From Giardia intestinalis (Eukaryota), in the NCBI GenBank assembly GCA_000002435.2, contig CM018792.1: a DNA stretch of 64,000 nucleotides. One strand, written 5' to 3'. Below the pieces are notes generated by a model that saw only the letters and a list, made by a program, of their open reading frames with translations, had not been told where the DNA came from and ran no database searches. Below, in pieces: positions 10,569 to 19,694 of the stretch. Within the stretch, counting starts at the first letter, position 1, and each line of letters starts with the position of its first letter. The translations under genes were made by a program, and so were the position numbers.

Positions 10569-10622
10569 AGACGTTTGTCAGTAGAGCCATTTGCGCATTT
10601 ATCTGCTAATGCTGGATGCTTC

Positions 10623-10629
10623 AGTAAAT
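10623..10629 (+). promoter_or_regulatory. Giardia-type polyadenylation signal AGTAAAT (AGTRAAY).
   Basis: Exact AGTRAAY match about 55 nt after the stop of the 10134-10568 gene. Confidence 0.45.
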
Positions 10630-10804
10630 TTACTGTAACTCCCCCGTTCTGCGCCGTGGGGCACGCCTCTCCCGCTTTCGCCGCTGCAACTCCGCATACT
10701 CCTCCTCGGAGAGAATGATCACAAACTCCTGGCCTCTCTGCTGAGATGGCTGCGTAGGGGGCATTCAAATCTCAACCTTTTATAGTTTACATACACCTCA
10801 ACCC

Positions 10805-13800
10805 TCAATCAAAGATTTCTAGAAGAGACGGGGCCATGCTCTTGTCTGGGCGATCGCGGAACCATTCTGTCATCTGCTGTTTGACGCTCGTGAGCTTTTC
10901 ACGAATTGTGCTCGGGATGTTCCCGCCTGCCTCCTCGTACTCTCTCAGCCGGTCCTCCAGGGACTTAACGTATGCGGCATCGCGCCCGTCGCCCTGGCCA
11001 TTCTTAAGCGCATCATCCTTGCGGAGCAGCTCCGCTTGGAGGCGGTCCATCTGCTCGAGCATGGCCTTGAACTCAACTTCCTTGGCATCAGGTGGCAGGC
11101 TATTGAAGTCAAGGCACTGCTTAAGGCGCATACACTCAGCTTTGAGAATGGCGTAGAGGGAGGGATCCACCTCATCCAAGTCCCGCAGATACGCCTTTGC
11201 AGTTTGCTCTGGGGATAGCGCTGCGCACAGGCCCATAATGGTTTGCTCACTATCTTTCAGGCTCGCCTCCATCGACCTGACCTCTCCCGTCTGGGACATG
11301 CTTTGCTCGCGCATGCCAGTCATCTCGTTCTCGTTGTAGAAGCGTGCATCCTTAAGAGACATTAGCTCCTTGTCTTTGGCAGTGTTGGCTCGCTCAAGAG
11401 CTTCATTAGATTTGTTGAGCTGGGAGATTATTGCCAGTAGCTCCTGGATCTGCATATCTTTGTCCAAAACGTCCTCCAGCGCTCCTTCGTCGGCTCGTGA
11501 CCTGTAGTGATGCAATAGCTTGAGCCTTTCCAGTTCTTTCTTGGCTACTTCGAAATCCTTCTTCAGTGCTGCCAGCTCGGCCGGATCTGCGCCAGCTCCA
11601 TCGCCAGAAACGCCCTCGCCAGGCGCATTAATCGTTTCGTCACGAGACATGCTCTTGATTGTTGCCAACAGCTTCTCGCACTCCTTCTCTTTGCTCTCCA
11701 TCGTGCTCTGAAGGTCCTTGACCTGCTTGCTTGTGGAAGTGTTGGCCTTCTCTAGGCTGCTAATGGTGTCATTTGCTCGCTCCAAGGCAGCGCGAAGGTT
11801 GGCAATTTCGTTTGCGGCATCGGTGGACATGACAGGCTGCATGGGCGGAGACATCGGGCCTACAACCGACCGCATTGGCGATTTGGCAGCCAACTTCGGT
11901 GAAAGGCTCATGCAGAGAGATGAAACGGTTCTTTCCTGATAGATAAGCGCGTCATTCAGCTCATCGATCTCGCGGTCCTTTGCCATGTTGGCCTCTCTCA
12001 GGGCCGCCATTGCCTGGGATTGCTGGGCTAGCGTCTCCGTGAGGGTCTTTATCTCTGCATCCTTATCGTTCATGCTGTGATATCTAGCATATGCGGCCTC
12101 CACCGACGCCAGACGCCTTTGTGCTTCTGCTAGGCTTGCCCGAAGTTGCTGCAATTCTGCATCCTTGCGCTCCAGCTCCTCCGAGACATTCTTTCCTGCA
12201 TTTCCAGCTGCCCTAAGAGCGTTGCTCACGCTTTCTGCATCGCGCACCCTACTCATAAGATTGTCGATTTCCTCCTTGAGTTTTCTGTTCTGCTCCAGGA
12301 GCTCGAGTTGCGTCCCCAGAGCAGTGCTATCGCGAGCCGCATCGGAGACTACGCTAGGAGACCTTGTGCGCAGATCCTCCTCTAGTTGACGAATCTTCTC
12401 CTCTCTGCTCTTCAATTGAGATTGCAGGTCGTCAGCATCTGCTAATTGACCCTTGAGCGTTTCCACTTCTTTTTCCTTTTCTACTAATTTGTCTGTGAGG
12501 GAATCGACAGTATCTCGCAAGACCTGTAGGTTGTACTCATGTGCGGTGTCGACGTTATCGTGCTGGTTATTTCGAAGCCTGTGTAGCTCGTCCTTTGCGC
12601 TGGCAAGGTCCGACCTAATGTTATTTAACTCCTCTTGCTTTCTGAGCAGCTCGTTCTCCTTCTCTGCATAGCTAGACTCGAAGATCCTCATCCTGGCCTG
12701 AGCTTCTTCAAGGAGAGGTCTGATAGTCGCAACCTCCTTCTCCTTGAGATCCAGGCGCTCGCGCAAGCGTGCAATTTCATCGGCATCAGACATCGAGCGA
12801 AGCTTGCTGAGCTCTTCCTGGTCACCGGCAGCATCAGCCTTAGTCTTCAGGAGCTTGTCAAGAGCTTCGCCGTGATACTGACGAAGTTCATCAATCGCAC
12901 GCTCAAGGTTACTGATATCCACGTACGACGCGCCACCGACAAATTGGGCACACAGTTCGTTCTCCATGACCCTGATCTTCTGGGCCGCCTCGTTTGTCAG
13001 CGTAGTAAGATTATCAATGGTGCTCTGCGCATTAGAAATCTTGTATTCCAGCTCCTGAATGCGAGCGTTCTTCTCCATAATCTCCCGCTTAAGCTCTTCG
13101 ATCTCCCGGTCTCGCTCCTCCAAGAGCTGCTCGAGCTCCTTGAGCCTTCTCTCTAACTCACGTGCGTCAATGAGATCCTTTTCTGAGGCAGTAAGCTGCT
13201 CACGGAGTGCCATCAGCTCACGCTCAACTTCCTCTGGGATCAAAGGCCTTGCCTCAAGAGTCTTGATCCGCTGCTGCGCCTCTTTAAGCATAGTAAAGAC
13301 CGCCGGGTCGACGTTTGGTCGTGCATTCAACTGTTCCGTAAGATCCTCAATCTCTCTGTTGAGCTTGTCGCACAGATTCCTGCTATTCTGCATTACCTCC
13401 TCCACATACTTACGGGCCTCGGACTCTCCCGTTCGGGCTTGGTCGACTCCCTTCATAAGCGCCTGAACCTGGGCTTCTAGCTCCTCCCGAGCCTTTGTGA
13501 GCTCTTCTAGGCACTCCTTCTGCTGCTGCGAGGCCATTTCTGAGATCCGATGCTCATCTTCCATGCAGATGATGGACGTGCGAAGCTTAGTAAATGAGTC
13601 TTCCTGGACACGAATGGCATCCAGAAGCCTGTCGATGGTAAGGTCCTTTTCGAGAAGCTCTTTATCGCGCTTCTCAGCCGTGTCCGTGAGCTCCTTGAAG
13701 TCACGCATGAGGTCGCTGTGGGCCTGCTCCCCGGTAGCCTGGAGCTCCTGAAGAGTCTGAAGCTCACGATTGAGCTCGTCAATCTTAATGTCCTTCTCTG

Positions 13801-15832
13801 TCAATTGCTGGCGGTAAGGATCGAGCTCAGAATTGTGGATATGTGTGCTCTTCAAGTCAGTATACTCCTTCTCGAGTCGCTTGATGCGATAGCGGGCTTC
13901 ATCCAGTTGAGGGGAGAGCGTGTTTATCTGCATGATCTTGTCCTCTATCTCAGCCTCCTTCATTCTCAGCTGCTTGCTAAGATCTTCGTACTCGTCCTGA
14001 AGGTTGCTTAGTTGCTCGCGAAGCTGCTCCTTGCCTTGCTGTTCCTGCAAAAGTTTCTGCTCTAGATCGCGTAGCTTACCGTCGCTAGCTTTGAGCTTCG
14101 AGGTGAGAGCGTTGAGATCTTCCTCCTTCTGCGTATTGTCTGCGTTGAGTGTACGGATCCTCTCCTCGAGGTTAGCACCGGCGGCAGCAGTCGTCTCATT
14201 CGAAAGCGTGGCATAAAAATTCTCAAAGTAGCGGATGCGCGCGTTGGCATCCACAGCAGCTGACTTAGCCCGGTCAAGCTCCTCATTGAGAAACATAATC
14301 TGGCTCATGTTCTCGCGAATTCTGTCCTCTTTTTCTTTCAGCTCCCAGTTATTTTTGTTAACGAGGTCGTCAATCTCTCTTGTCTTTTCATTGACCTGCT
14401 CCTGAAGTTGCTTGATTCTCTCTCGGCTGGCATCATCAACGGCTGCACCAGCTGCCCGCTCCTGGGACGCTACAAGGTGCTCCAGATAGCGGAGCCGGGC
14501 CTTCTCATCCTCGCCGGTCGGCCTCCTGTCCAGCTCCTCCGACAGCTGCCTGACCTTCTCAGCCTTGTCTGAGAGTTGGCGCTGCATGTCCCGGAGCCTT
14601 TCCTGATAGTCCGATTCACTCTTGGTCAGCTCAGCTATCCGACCGAGAAGTTCCTTGCGTGCCCGTTCAAAGTCTTCGTTATTCTCGCTAGCAGGTGACT
14701 CTGCAATAAGTCGCTCAATCAACTTGATTCGCTCCTTGGCCTCACGGAGCTCCTCGCTTGTATCTATGGGCCCTGCGGCCGATCTCTTAAAGACAGCATT
14801 GTCGCCGCCCTCCTTTTCCAACTGTCGCTGGAGCTCATCAATTGTGTTGGCAAGGTCAGCAATTTTGCGCCGCAACGCTGGTCGCTCGACCTCCGTGCAT
14901 GTCTGCACCTGCTCACGCAACTTCTTGATCTCTGCATTGAGCGCATCGATTTCAGGCTGATATTTTTCATCGCCCGAGAGCTTCCCGCTTCCTAGACTAT
15001 CGCGAAGCTTATTAATTGTGCGCTCCTTCACGGCAAGAATCTTTATCATGCGACTCAGCGCGGAAGTCTTGTCATTTAGAGACTTTTTAAGTTCGATTAC
15101 CTCATCGTCTGCGGCCTGCCCCGCATCCTGGAGCTTGTTCACCTCCCCACTAAGGCTCGTGGCTGTCAAGCGAAGCCCGTCAAGTCCAGCCATCGCACTC
15201 TCCTTAGCGCTGATGAGGTTTGTAACAGAGTCATGACGAGAGGCTACAGATTTAATAAGGTTGTCGTTAACTGTCTGGATGCTTTTCAGCTTCTCGCGCA
15301 TCTCCTCCGGGCTCAGGGTACTGATGTCGGCGTCAGAGTGAACACGATTGCTCTGCGAAAGCAGGCTGTCTGCTTCAAGGAGCTTTGCGCCCTGAATCTG
15401 TGCACGTGCAACCAGATCTCGCATGTTTTCCTCGTGGAGAAGACGCAAATTCTCGATGCTCTCTTTAAGATGCGCGATCTCGGCGTCCTTTTCTCTTACC
15501 GTTGCAGTTAGTGTTTCGGCCGCAACCAACTCTGTGTCCATGGACCGGTCGCAGTACGGACAACGGTTACCCTTGCCCACGCCTTTCCTCTGTGCTGCGT
15601 TGCGCAAGGTAGGCGATGCTGGACAAAGCTCATCGGGGTCAATTCCCTGCTCTGATATCTTCTGCTTAAAAATCCTGCAGCTAGAGTCCGTCTCAGTGTA
15701 CAAATCACGGAGCGCTTTGCACTGCTCCTTGGTGTCTTTGAGCTCGTTGCAGACGCGTAGAAGCTTTTCGCGGAGCTCCGGGGCTGCAAGCTTATCGATT
15801 CCGACTAGGTAATCGTCCATGCCTCCGGACAT
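10805..15832 (-). CDS. Giant coiled-coil protein (1675 aa), probably cytoskeletal or flagellar. It has an N-terminal CxxC zinc-knuckle-like motif (CPYCDRS).
   Basis: Almost the whole ORF is heptad-like E/K/L/Q-rich sequence (ELKKSLNDKTSALSRMIKIL..., LEERIRTLNADNTQKEEDLNALTSKLK...). The ATG at 15832 is preceded by a strongly AT-rich tract (tttttttaaaaacaaaaATG on the coding strand). Confidence 0.7.
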   Translation of the reverse strand: MSGGMDDYLVGIDKLAAPELREKLLRVCNELKDTKEQCKALRDLYTETDSSCRIFKQKISEQGIDPDELCPASPTLRNAAQRKGVGKGNRCPYCDRSMDTELVAAETLTATVREKDAEIAHLKESIENLRLLHEENMRDLVARAQIQGAKLLEADSLLSQSNRVHSDADISTLSPEEMREKLKSIQTVNDNLIKSVASRHDSVTNLISAKESAMAGLDGLRLTATSLSGEVNKLQDAGQAADDEVIELKKSLNDKTSALSRMIKILAVKERTINKLRDSLGSGKLSGDEKYQPEIDALNAEIKKLREQVQTCTEVERPALRRKIADLANTIDELQRQLEKEGGDNAVFKRSAAGPIDTSEELREAKERIKLIERLIAESPASENNEDFERARKELLGRIAELTKSESDYQERLRDMQRQLSDKAEKVRQLSEELDRRPTGEDEKARLRYLEHLVASQERAAGAAVDDASRERIKQLQEQVNEKTREIDDLVNKNNWELKEKEDRIRENMSQIMFLNEELDRAKSAAVDANARIRYFENFYATLSNETTAAAGANLEERIRTLNADNTQKEEDLNALTSKLKASDGKLRDLEQKLLQEQQGKEQLREQLSNLQDEYEDLSKQLRMKEAEIEDKIMQINTLSPQLDEARYRIKRLEKEYTDLKSTHIHNSELDPYRQQLTEKDIKIDELNRELQTLQELQATGEQAHSDLMRDFKELTDTAEKRDKELLEKDLTIDRLLDAIRVQEDSFTKLRTSIICMEDEHRISEMASQQQKECLEELTKAREELEAQVQALMKGVDQARTGESEARKYVEEVMQNSRNLCDKLNREIEDLTEQLNARPNVDPAVFTMLKEAQQRIKTLEARPLIPEEVERELMALREQLTASEKDLIDARELERRLKELEQLLEERDREIEELKREIMEKNARIQELEYKISNAQSTIDNLTTLTNEAAQKIRVMENELCAQFVGGASYVDISNLERAIDELRQYHGEALDKLLKTKADAAGDQEELSKLRSMSDADEIARLRERLDLKEKEVATIRPLLEEAQARMRIFESSYAEKENELLRKQEELNNIRSDLASAKDELHRLRNNQHDNVDTAHEYNLQVLRDTVDSLTDKLVEKEKEVETLKGQLADADDLQSQLKSREEKIRQLEEDLRTRSPSVVSDAARDSTALGTQLELLEQNRKLKEEIDNLMSRVRDAESVSNALRAAGNAGKNVSEELERKDAELQQLRASLAEAQRRLASVEAAYARYHSMNDKDAEIKTLTETLAQQSQAMAALREANMAKDREIDELNDALIYQERTVSSLCMSLSPKLAAKSPMRSVVGPMSPPMQPVMSTDAANEIANLRAALERANDTISSLEKANTSTSKQVKDLQSTMESKEKECEKLLATIKSMSRDETINAPGEGVSGDGAGADPAELAALKKDFEVAKKELERLKLLHHYRSRADEGALEDVLDKDMQIQELLAIISQLNKSNEALERANTAKDKELMSLKDARFYNENEMTGMREQSMSQTGEVRSMEASLKDSEQTIMGLCAALSPEQTAKAYLRDLDEVDPSLYAILKAECMRLKQCLDFNSLPPDAKEVEFKAMLEQMDRLQAELLRKDDALKNGQGDGRDAAYVKSLEDRLREYEEAGGNIPSTIREKLTSVKQQMTEWFRDRPDKSMAPSLLEIFD

Positions 15833-15900
15833 TTTTGTTTTTAAAAAAAGGCGGTATTTGGATTAAAAAACCGAAAAACGGACCAAATTCTGGGCTCAAA
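15833..15900 (-). promoter_or_regulatory. AT-rich initiator/promoter region for the coiled-coil gene.
   Basis: Sequence ttttgtttttaaaaaaaggcggtatttggattaaaaaaccgaaaaacgg, immediately 5' of the ATG on the coding strand. Confidence 0.5.
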
Positions 15901-15988
15901 AATTTGAAAAGTTCCCAAAATTTGCGGACGAGCCCAAAGCCAGCACATAAAGTGTACAGGAAAGTAAGTTTACCTTTGCTTGCTGCCG

Positions 15989-17005
15989 TCACTTGCCCAT
16001 GTTGGCCATGAGCCTCTTGTAGATGTCCTGCTGCTTACGCGCCTCGAGGGCAATTTGGGCGTCGCACTTCTTTAGATCGTTCTCGAACTCCTGTACCTTG
16101 TCGTTCTGGCCGGCGGCCTTTGCAATGTCAAGGCCCATGTCTATATATTTCCTGGCCTCCGCGCTGCGGCCAGCCCCCATCGCACCGCGCCCCACTCTCT
16201 GGCAGAGCTTGAGACGCAGCTCGACGTTCTTCGACGCCCTCTCTTCCTTCTCTTCGAGAATCTTCATGCCTTCGCGTGCGTGGGAGCAGCAATCAGCATA
16301 GTCCTTCATGCGCAGATTGCAGAGTGCCCAATTCCCAAAGAGGGTTGCACGGAGGACACACCTCTCCTCCTCCACCTCTGGAGTGCTGTCAATGAAGTAC
16401 TCCAGGAGCTGCGTGCCCTTGTCGTACTTGGCAGCTGCCTTTTTGTACTTTCCGCTCTTGAAAAGAGCATTCCCTGCCTCCTGACGAACCTTTGCAGCAG
16501 CAAGCTTCTCCTCGTTGGTATGAGGATACTCGTGGTCCTTTTCGACCACATCCAAAAGCTCTATTTCAAACTGTAGAGTAGCGTCTGCAGGAATAGATCC
16601 GGAACCCTTGCTCCCGTAGGCATAATCCGAAGCGATGGTGAAGAGAGATTTTTCTCCAACCCGCATACCACACACGCCCTCGTCCCAGCCGCGTATAACA
16701 GACATATTTCCTATGTCGAAGTTGAAGGGCTGGCCTCGTGTAACAGACGAGTCGAAAACGGTCCCGTTCAGCAACTTACCGGTGTAGTGGACATATACGG
16801 TAGCGTCTGATTGCGGGCAGACCTCTGCGTCTTCTGGGCCCGCGACAAGTACCTGCTTCAGGATTGCACCATTTCCCTTGACGTCGATGGTCTCAGGGCT
16901 CTCCTTGAACTTGTTATATATCTCCCGCTCCTCATCGCTGCAAAAGGTCGGCATAAAGACCTCGGTCACTTCTCCAGCCGGCTCTGGGGCACTGTTATCG
17001 AACAT
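15989..17005 (-). CDS. FKBP-type peptidyl-prolyl cis-trans isomerase with C-terminal TPR repeats (FKBP38/52-like).
   Basis: VHYTGKLLNGTVFDSS...RGQPFNFDIGNMSVIRGWDEGVCGMRVGEKSLFTIASDYAYGSKG...ATLQFEIELL is a canonical FKBP fold. It is followed by TPR-like helices (AGNALFKSGKYKKAAAKYDKG...). Confidence 0.9.
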   Translation of the reverse strand: MFDNSAPEPAGEVTEVFMPTFCSDEEREIYNKFKESPETIDVKGNGAILKQVLVAGPEDAEVCPQSDATVYVHYTGKLLNGTVFDSSVTRGQPFNFDIGNMSVIRGWDEGVCGMRVGEKSLFTIASDYAYGSKGSGSIPADATLQFEIELLDVVEKDHEYPHTNEEKLAAAKVRQEAGNALFKSGKYKKAAAKYDKGTQLLEYFIDSTPEVEEERCVLRATLFGNWALCNLRMKDYADCCSHAREGMKILEEKEERASKNVELRLKLCQRVGRGAMGAGRSAEARKYIDMGLDIAKAAGQNDKVQEFENDLKKCDAQIALEARKQQDIYKRLMANMGK

Positions 17006-17068
17006 TTACTTTTTTGGAGAGGATCAATTTGATTCAATTCCACTGAATCAATTAATCACTGAATTACT

Positions 17069-19633
17069 TTACCGAAGTTTAGCCAGGATCCTCCGCACGG
17101 TCTCTGTTCGAGCATATGCCTCGCACTTCCTGCCCTTCTTGTCTGTGAGGTTGCGCTCCAGCGGAGCCAGAATCCGGATGCACTCTATGTGACCAGACTG
17201 GACAGCTATCATTAGAGCCGTTATTCCATCTTTTTCCCGTTTCTGTCTGATCTGCCTCTTGTCTTTAGAGAGGATTTGCACTATTTCTGGCTTGTTTTTC
17301 AACGCTGCACTCATTAATGCGGTCCAGCCCCCGGGCTTGTGGACGTCTCCTTCTTTTGAAAGCAAGATAGACACACACTCCTTGTGGCCCTCTTGTGCTG
17401 CTGACATCAGGGCTGTAAAGCCATCCTTTCTTTGTATTCGTGCCTCAAGCGGTGCTAGGACTTTGCATATGTCTGCGTATCCAGACAAGGCTGCCATTAT
17501 AAGTGCAGTGGATCCCTTGCCATCCTGACACCCCATCCCTATCCTTTGCTCTGCTAGAACCCTTACGCAGCTCAGAGATCTACTTAACGCTGCAATCATG
17601 AGGCATGTCCTGTTGTCTATGGAGCCTCCGATAAGCTTGCTCTCAGCTTCACGTTGTGACATGCAGAGGATGGAGAGGGCTGCCGCAGAGTCGTTGCTTG
17701 CCGCAATCATGGAAGCAGTCATTCCGTCGGCGTTACGGATACCTTCTTCCAGCTCCACTAGCTTTCTGCAGCCGTCCGCATCATTGCTGTATGCTGCTAG
17801 CATGAGTGCAGTAGCTCCGTTGTGCCATGAGTCCTCTTCACTTTCAGCTGCGATAGTTTTTCTGGCCTGGCTGTGCTTCAGCAGATCGATGACCTCATAC
17901 TGTTTATGTTCTACGGCACACATTAATGGTGTGTAGCCCATATTTAGGGTAAGATGTCCCTCGTAGTCAATAAGGAGTTTGGCTGCTTCTGTGTGCCCAT
18001 TTGTTATCGCAGACATCAGAGCAGACCAGCCCTTATCAGTCACGAGTCCTGCCTCCTTCTCTTTGCGTAGGAGCTCTACACACTTAGAGTGCCCATATTG
18101 CGCAGCGAACATGAGCGCGGTCTGCCCTTTGGGGTCTCGAAGGCCGCACTCCTTCGTTGTGATCAAAAGCTTAACTGCAGATACTAATCCCAAAGCCGCG
18201 GCTCTATGGAGAGCGGTGTATCCTGAGCTGTCTCTCATCCCCGCTTCATACTGAATTAGACTGTTGGCTATGTGGAGTTGGTGGAATTCGCACGCAAGCA
18301 TTAAAGCCGTGGTCCCATTTTTAGGATTGCTTAGATCATCGAGTTGGATTACTGATTTAGCCTCATACTTCATCAGAACATCAGCAGCAGAACTGTGTCC
18401 ACGCACGGTTGCTTCCATGAGTGCAGTGAAGCCGTCACGCTTCTTAAGCTTTGCTTCGTGTGGTGCTAGCAGCTTACATGCTTCTGTCTGACCATTGCGA
18501 GCGGCGAGGATCAGGGCTGTGGCACCATTCAATGAGTCTCCAGTAATCATCCTCATGCCGAACTCGTGGGGAATAAGGATCTTCAGAACCTCTATATTGC
18601 CGAGAACGGCGGCCGCCATGAGTGCAGTGGCCCCGTCGTAGTTAGTCAAGCGCTTCTGTTTGTCCACCAACGCACGGACGTACTCCACATTGTTCATATT
18701 GGCAGATAGTATGAGCTGCGTTGATCCTAAGGCGTTTCTGAACACTCTTTCGTTCTCTCTGGAGCCCGATTTAACCATGAAACCAAATATAAACGGATGA
18801 GCCAGGACCTCATCTAGGTACGGCCGTGAGTTATTGCAAGGATTAGTGAGCCACGTGAGCACGCGTACAAGGTCTTTAGAATACGCGTTTTCCTTTATAA
18901 TACTCTTTAACATGTATGCAGTGTCATACTCTCCTTTGACAGCCTTGCACTTAGAACCTGCAAAGCATAGCTCGCAACATAAGCGACCGACATTGTAGGC
19001 AAGCATTTTGAGCGGAGACACGTTTAGGCGTGCACGGTCTTCTCCGCTGTGTCGACTGTGTAACACTTCTGGACAGAGGTATGCCATAGTAAATGCCGAA
19101 TGTCGTTGAGCAGCAAGCTTGACTGCGAAGGCTGAATAGTCCACTAATGCACGCCCCTTGCTGCTTAGTCTAATGCAGAGAGGGTCCAACCCAGTTGATG
19201 GTAGGTTGCTTGCTAGTGCGTCTGTGAAGTCGGTTTTGCGGTTCGTTGAATATACGTAAAGAATAGCGTTAATTAGCTCAACCAATATTGTTATGATCAC
19301 CTCCTCTTCCAGATTCACTTGGAGAAAACATAGCTCCTCACTGTATTCATAGAGAGATTGCCCTGCTCCCCTAGATATAAGAAATATACACTCTTGTTCG
19401 TCATCTACAAATGCCTCCAGTAAGGGTGTTATGCTTTCATGATCTAAGCGGTGGGCTTGCCTCGCCAAATCCCGAATGAGAGCATACCGCCCACGGCCAA
19501 CATCTGCCTCGCTGACGATTCGACACGTGGCAGACAGATCAAGATTTCTATCTCTTACCAAGTAGCTTATCCCATAAATATCACTGTTCAGATATCTTAC
19601 AGCTTCATATGCGGGGGGCAAGTAGAGTGTCAT
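17069..19633 (-). CDS. NEK-family kinase-like protein with a long ankyrin-repeat C-terminus. Likely catalytically inactive.
   Basis: The N-terminal approximately 300 aa form a kinase-like fold but lack the GxGxxG, VAIK-Lys and HRD/DFG consensus motifs. After that come more than 15 ankyrin repeats (TALMLAA..GH.E.VKLL pattern). This architecture is typical of the expanded Giardia NEK family. Confidence 0.75.
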   Translation of the reverse strand: MTLYLPPAYEAVRYLNSDIYGISYLVRDRNLDLSATCRIVSEADVGRGRYALIRDLARQAHRLDHESITPLLEAFVDDEQECIFLISRGAGQSLYEYSEELCFLQVNLEEEVIITILVELINAILYVYSTNRKTDFTDALASNLPSTGLDPLCIRLSSKGRALVDYSAFAVKLAAQRHSAFTMAYLCPEVLHSRHSGEDRARLNVSPLKMLAYNVGRLCCELCFAGSKCKAVKGEYDTAYMLKSIIKENAYSKDLVRVLTWLTNPCNNSRPYLDEVLAHPFIFGFMVKSGSRENERVFRNALGSTQLILSANMNNVEYVRALVDKQKRLTNYDGATALMAAAVLGNIEVLKILIPHEFGMRMITGDSLNGATALILAARNGQTEACKLLAPHEAKLKKRDGFTALMEATVRGHSSAADVLMKYEAKSVIQLDDLSNPKNGTTALMLACEFHQLHIANSLIQYEAGMRDSSGYTALHRAAALGLVSAVKLLITTKECGLRDPKGQTALMFAAQYGHSKCVELLRKEKEAGLVTDKGWSALMSAITNGHTEAAKLLIDYEGHLTLNMGYTPLMCAVEHKQYEVIDLLKHSQARKTIAAESEEDSWHNGATALMLAAYSNDADGCRKLVELEEGIRNADGMTASMIAASNDSAAALSILCMSQREAESKLIGGSIDNRTCLMIAALSRSLSCVRVLAEQRIGMGCQDGKGSTALIMAALSGYADICKVLAPLEARIQRKDGFTALMSAAQEGHKECVSILLSKEGDVHKPGGWTALMSAALKNKPEIVQILSKDKRQIRQKREKDGITALMIAVQSGHIECIRILAPLERNLTDKKGRKCEAYARTETVRRILAKLR

Positions 19634-19694
19634 AGATGCAGCCGACCCCGAGTTTTTCGGAACTGATAGAAGTGCCAGTGGCGAGAGTTTACAG

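Noticed and set aside
11520-14960. Many 60-170-codon Ser/Leu-rich ORFs on the plus strand, antisense to the giant coiled-coil gene
   Set aside because: They are a codon-composition artefact of GAG/CTC/AAG-rich coiled-coil coding sequence. None has an initiator context, and they tile the same region in several frames.
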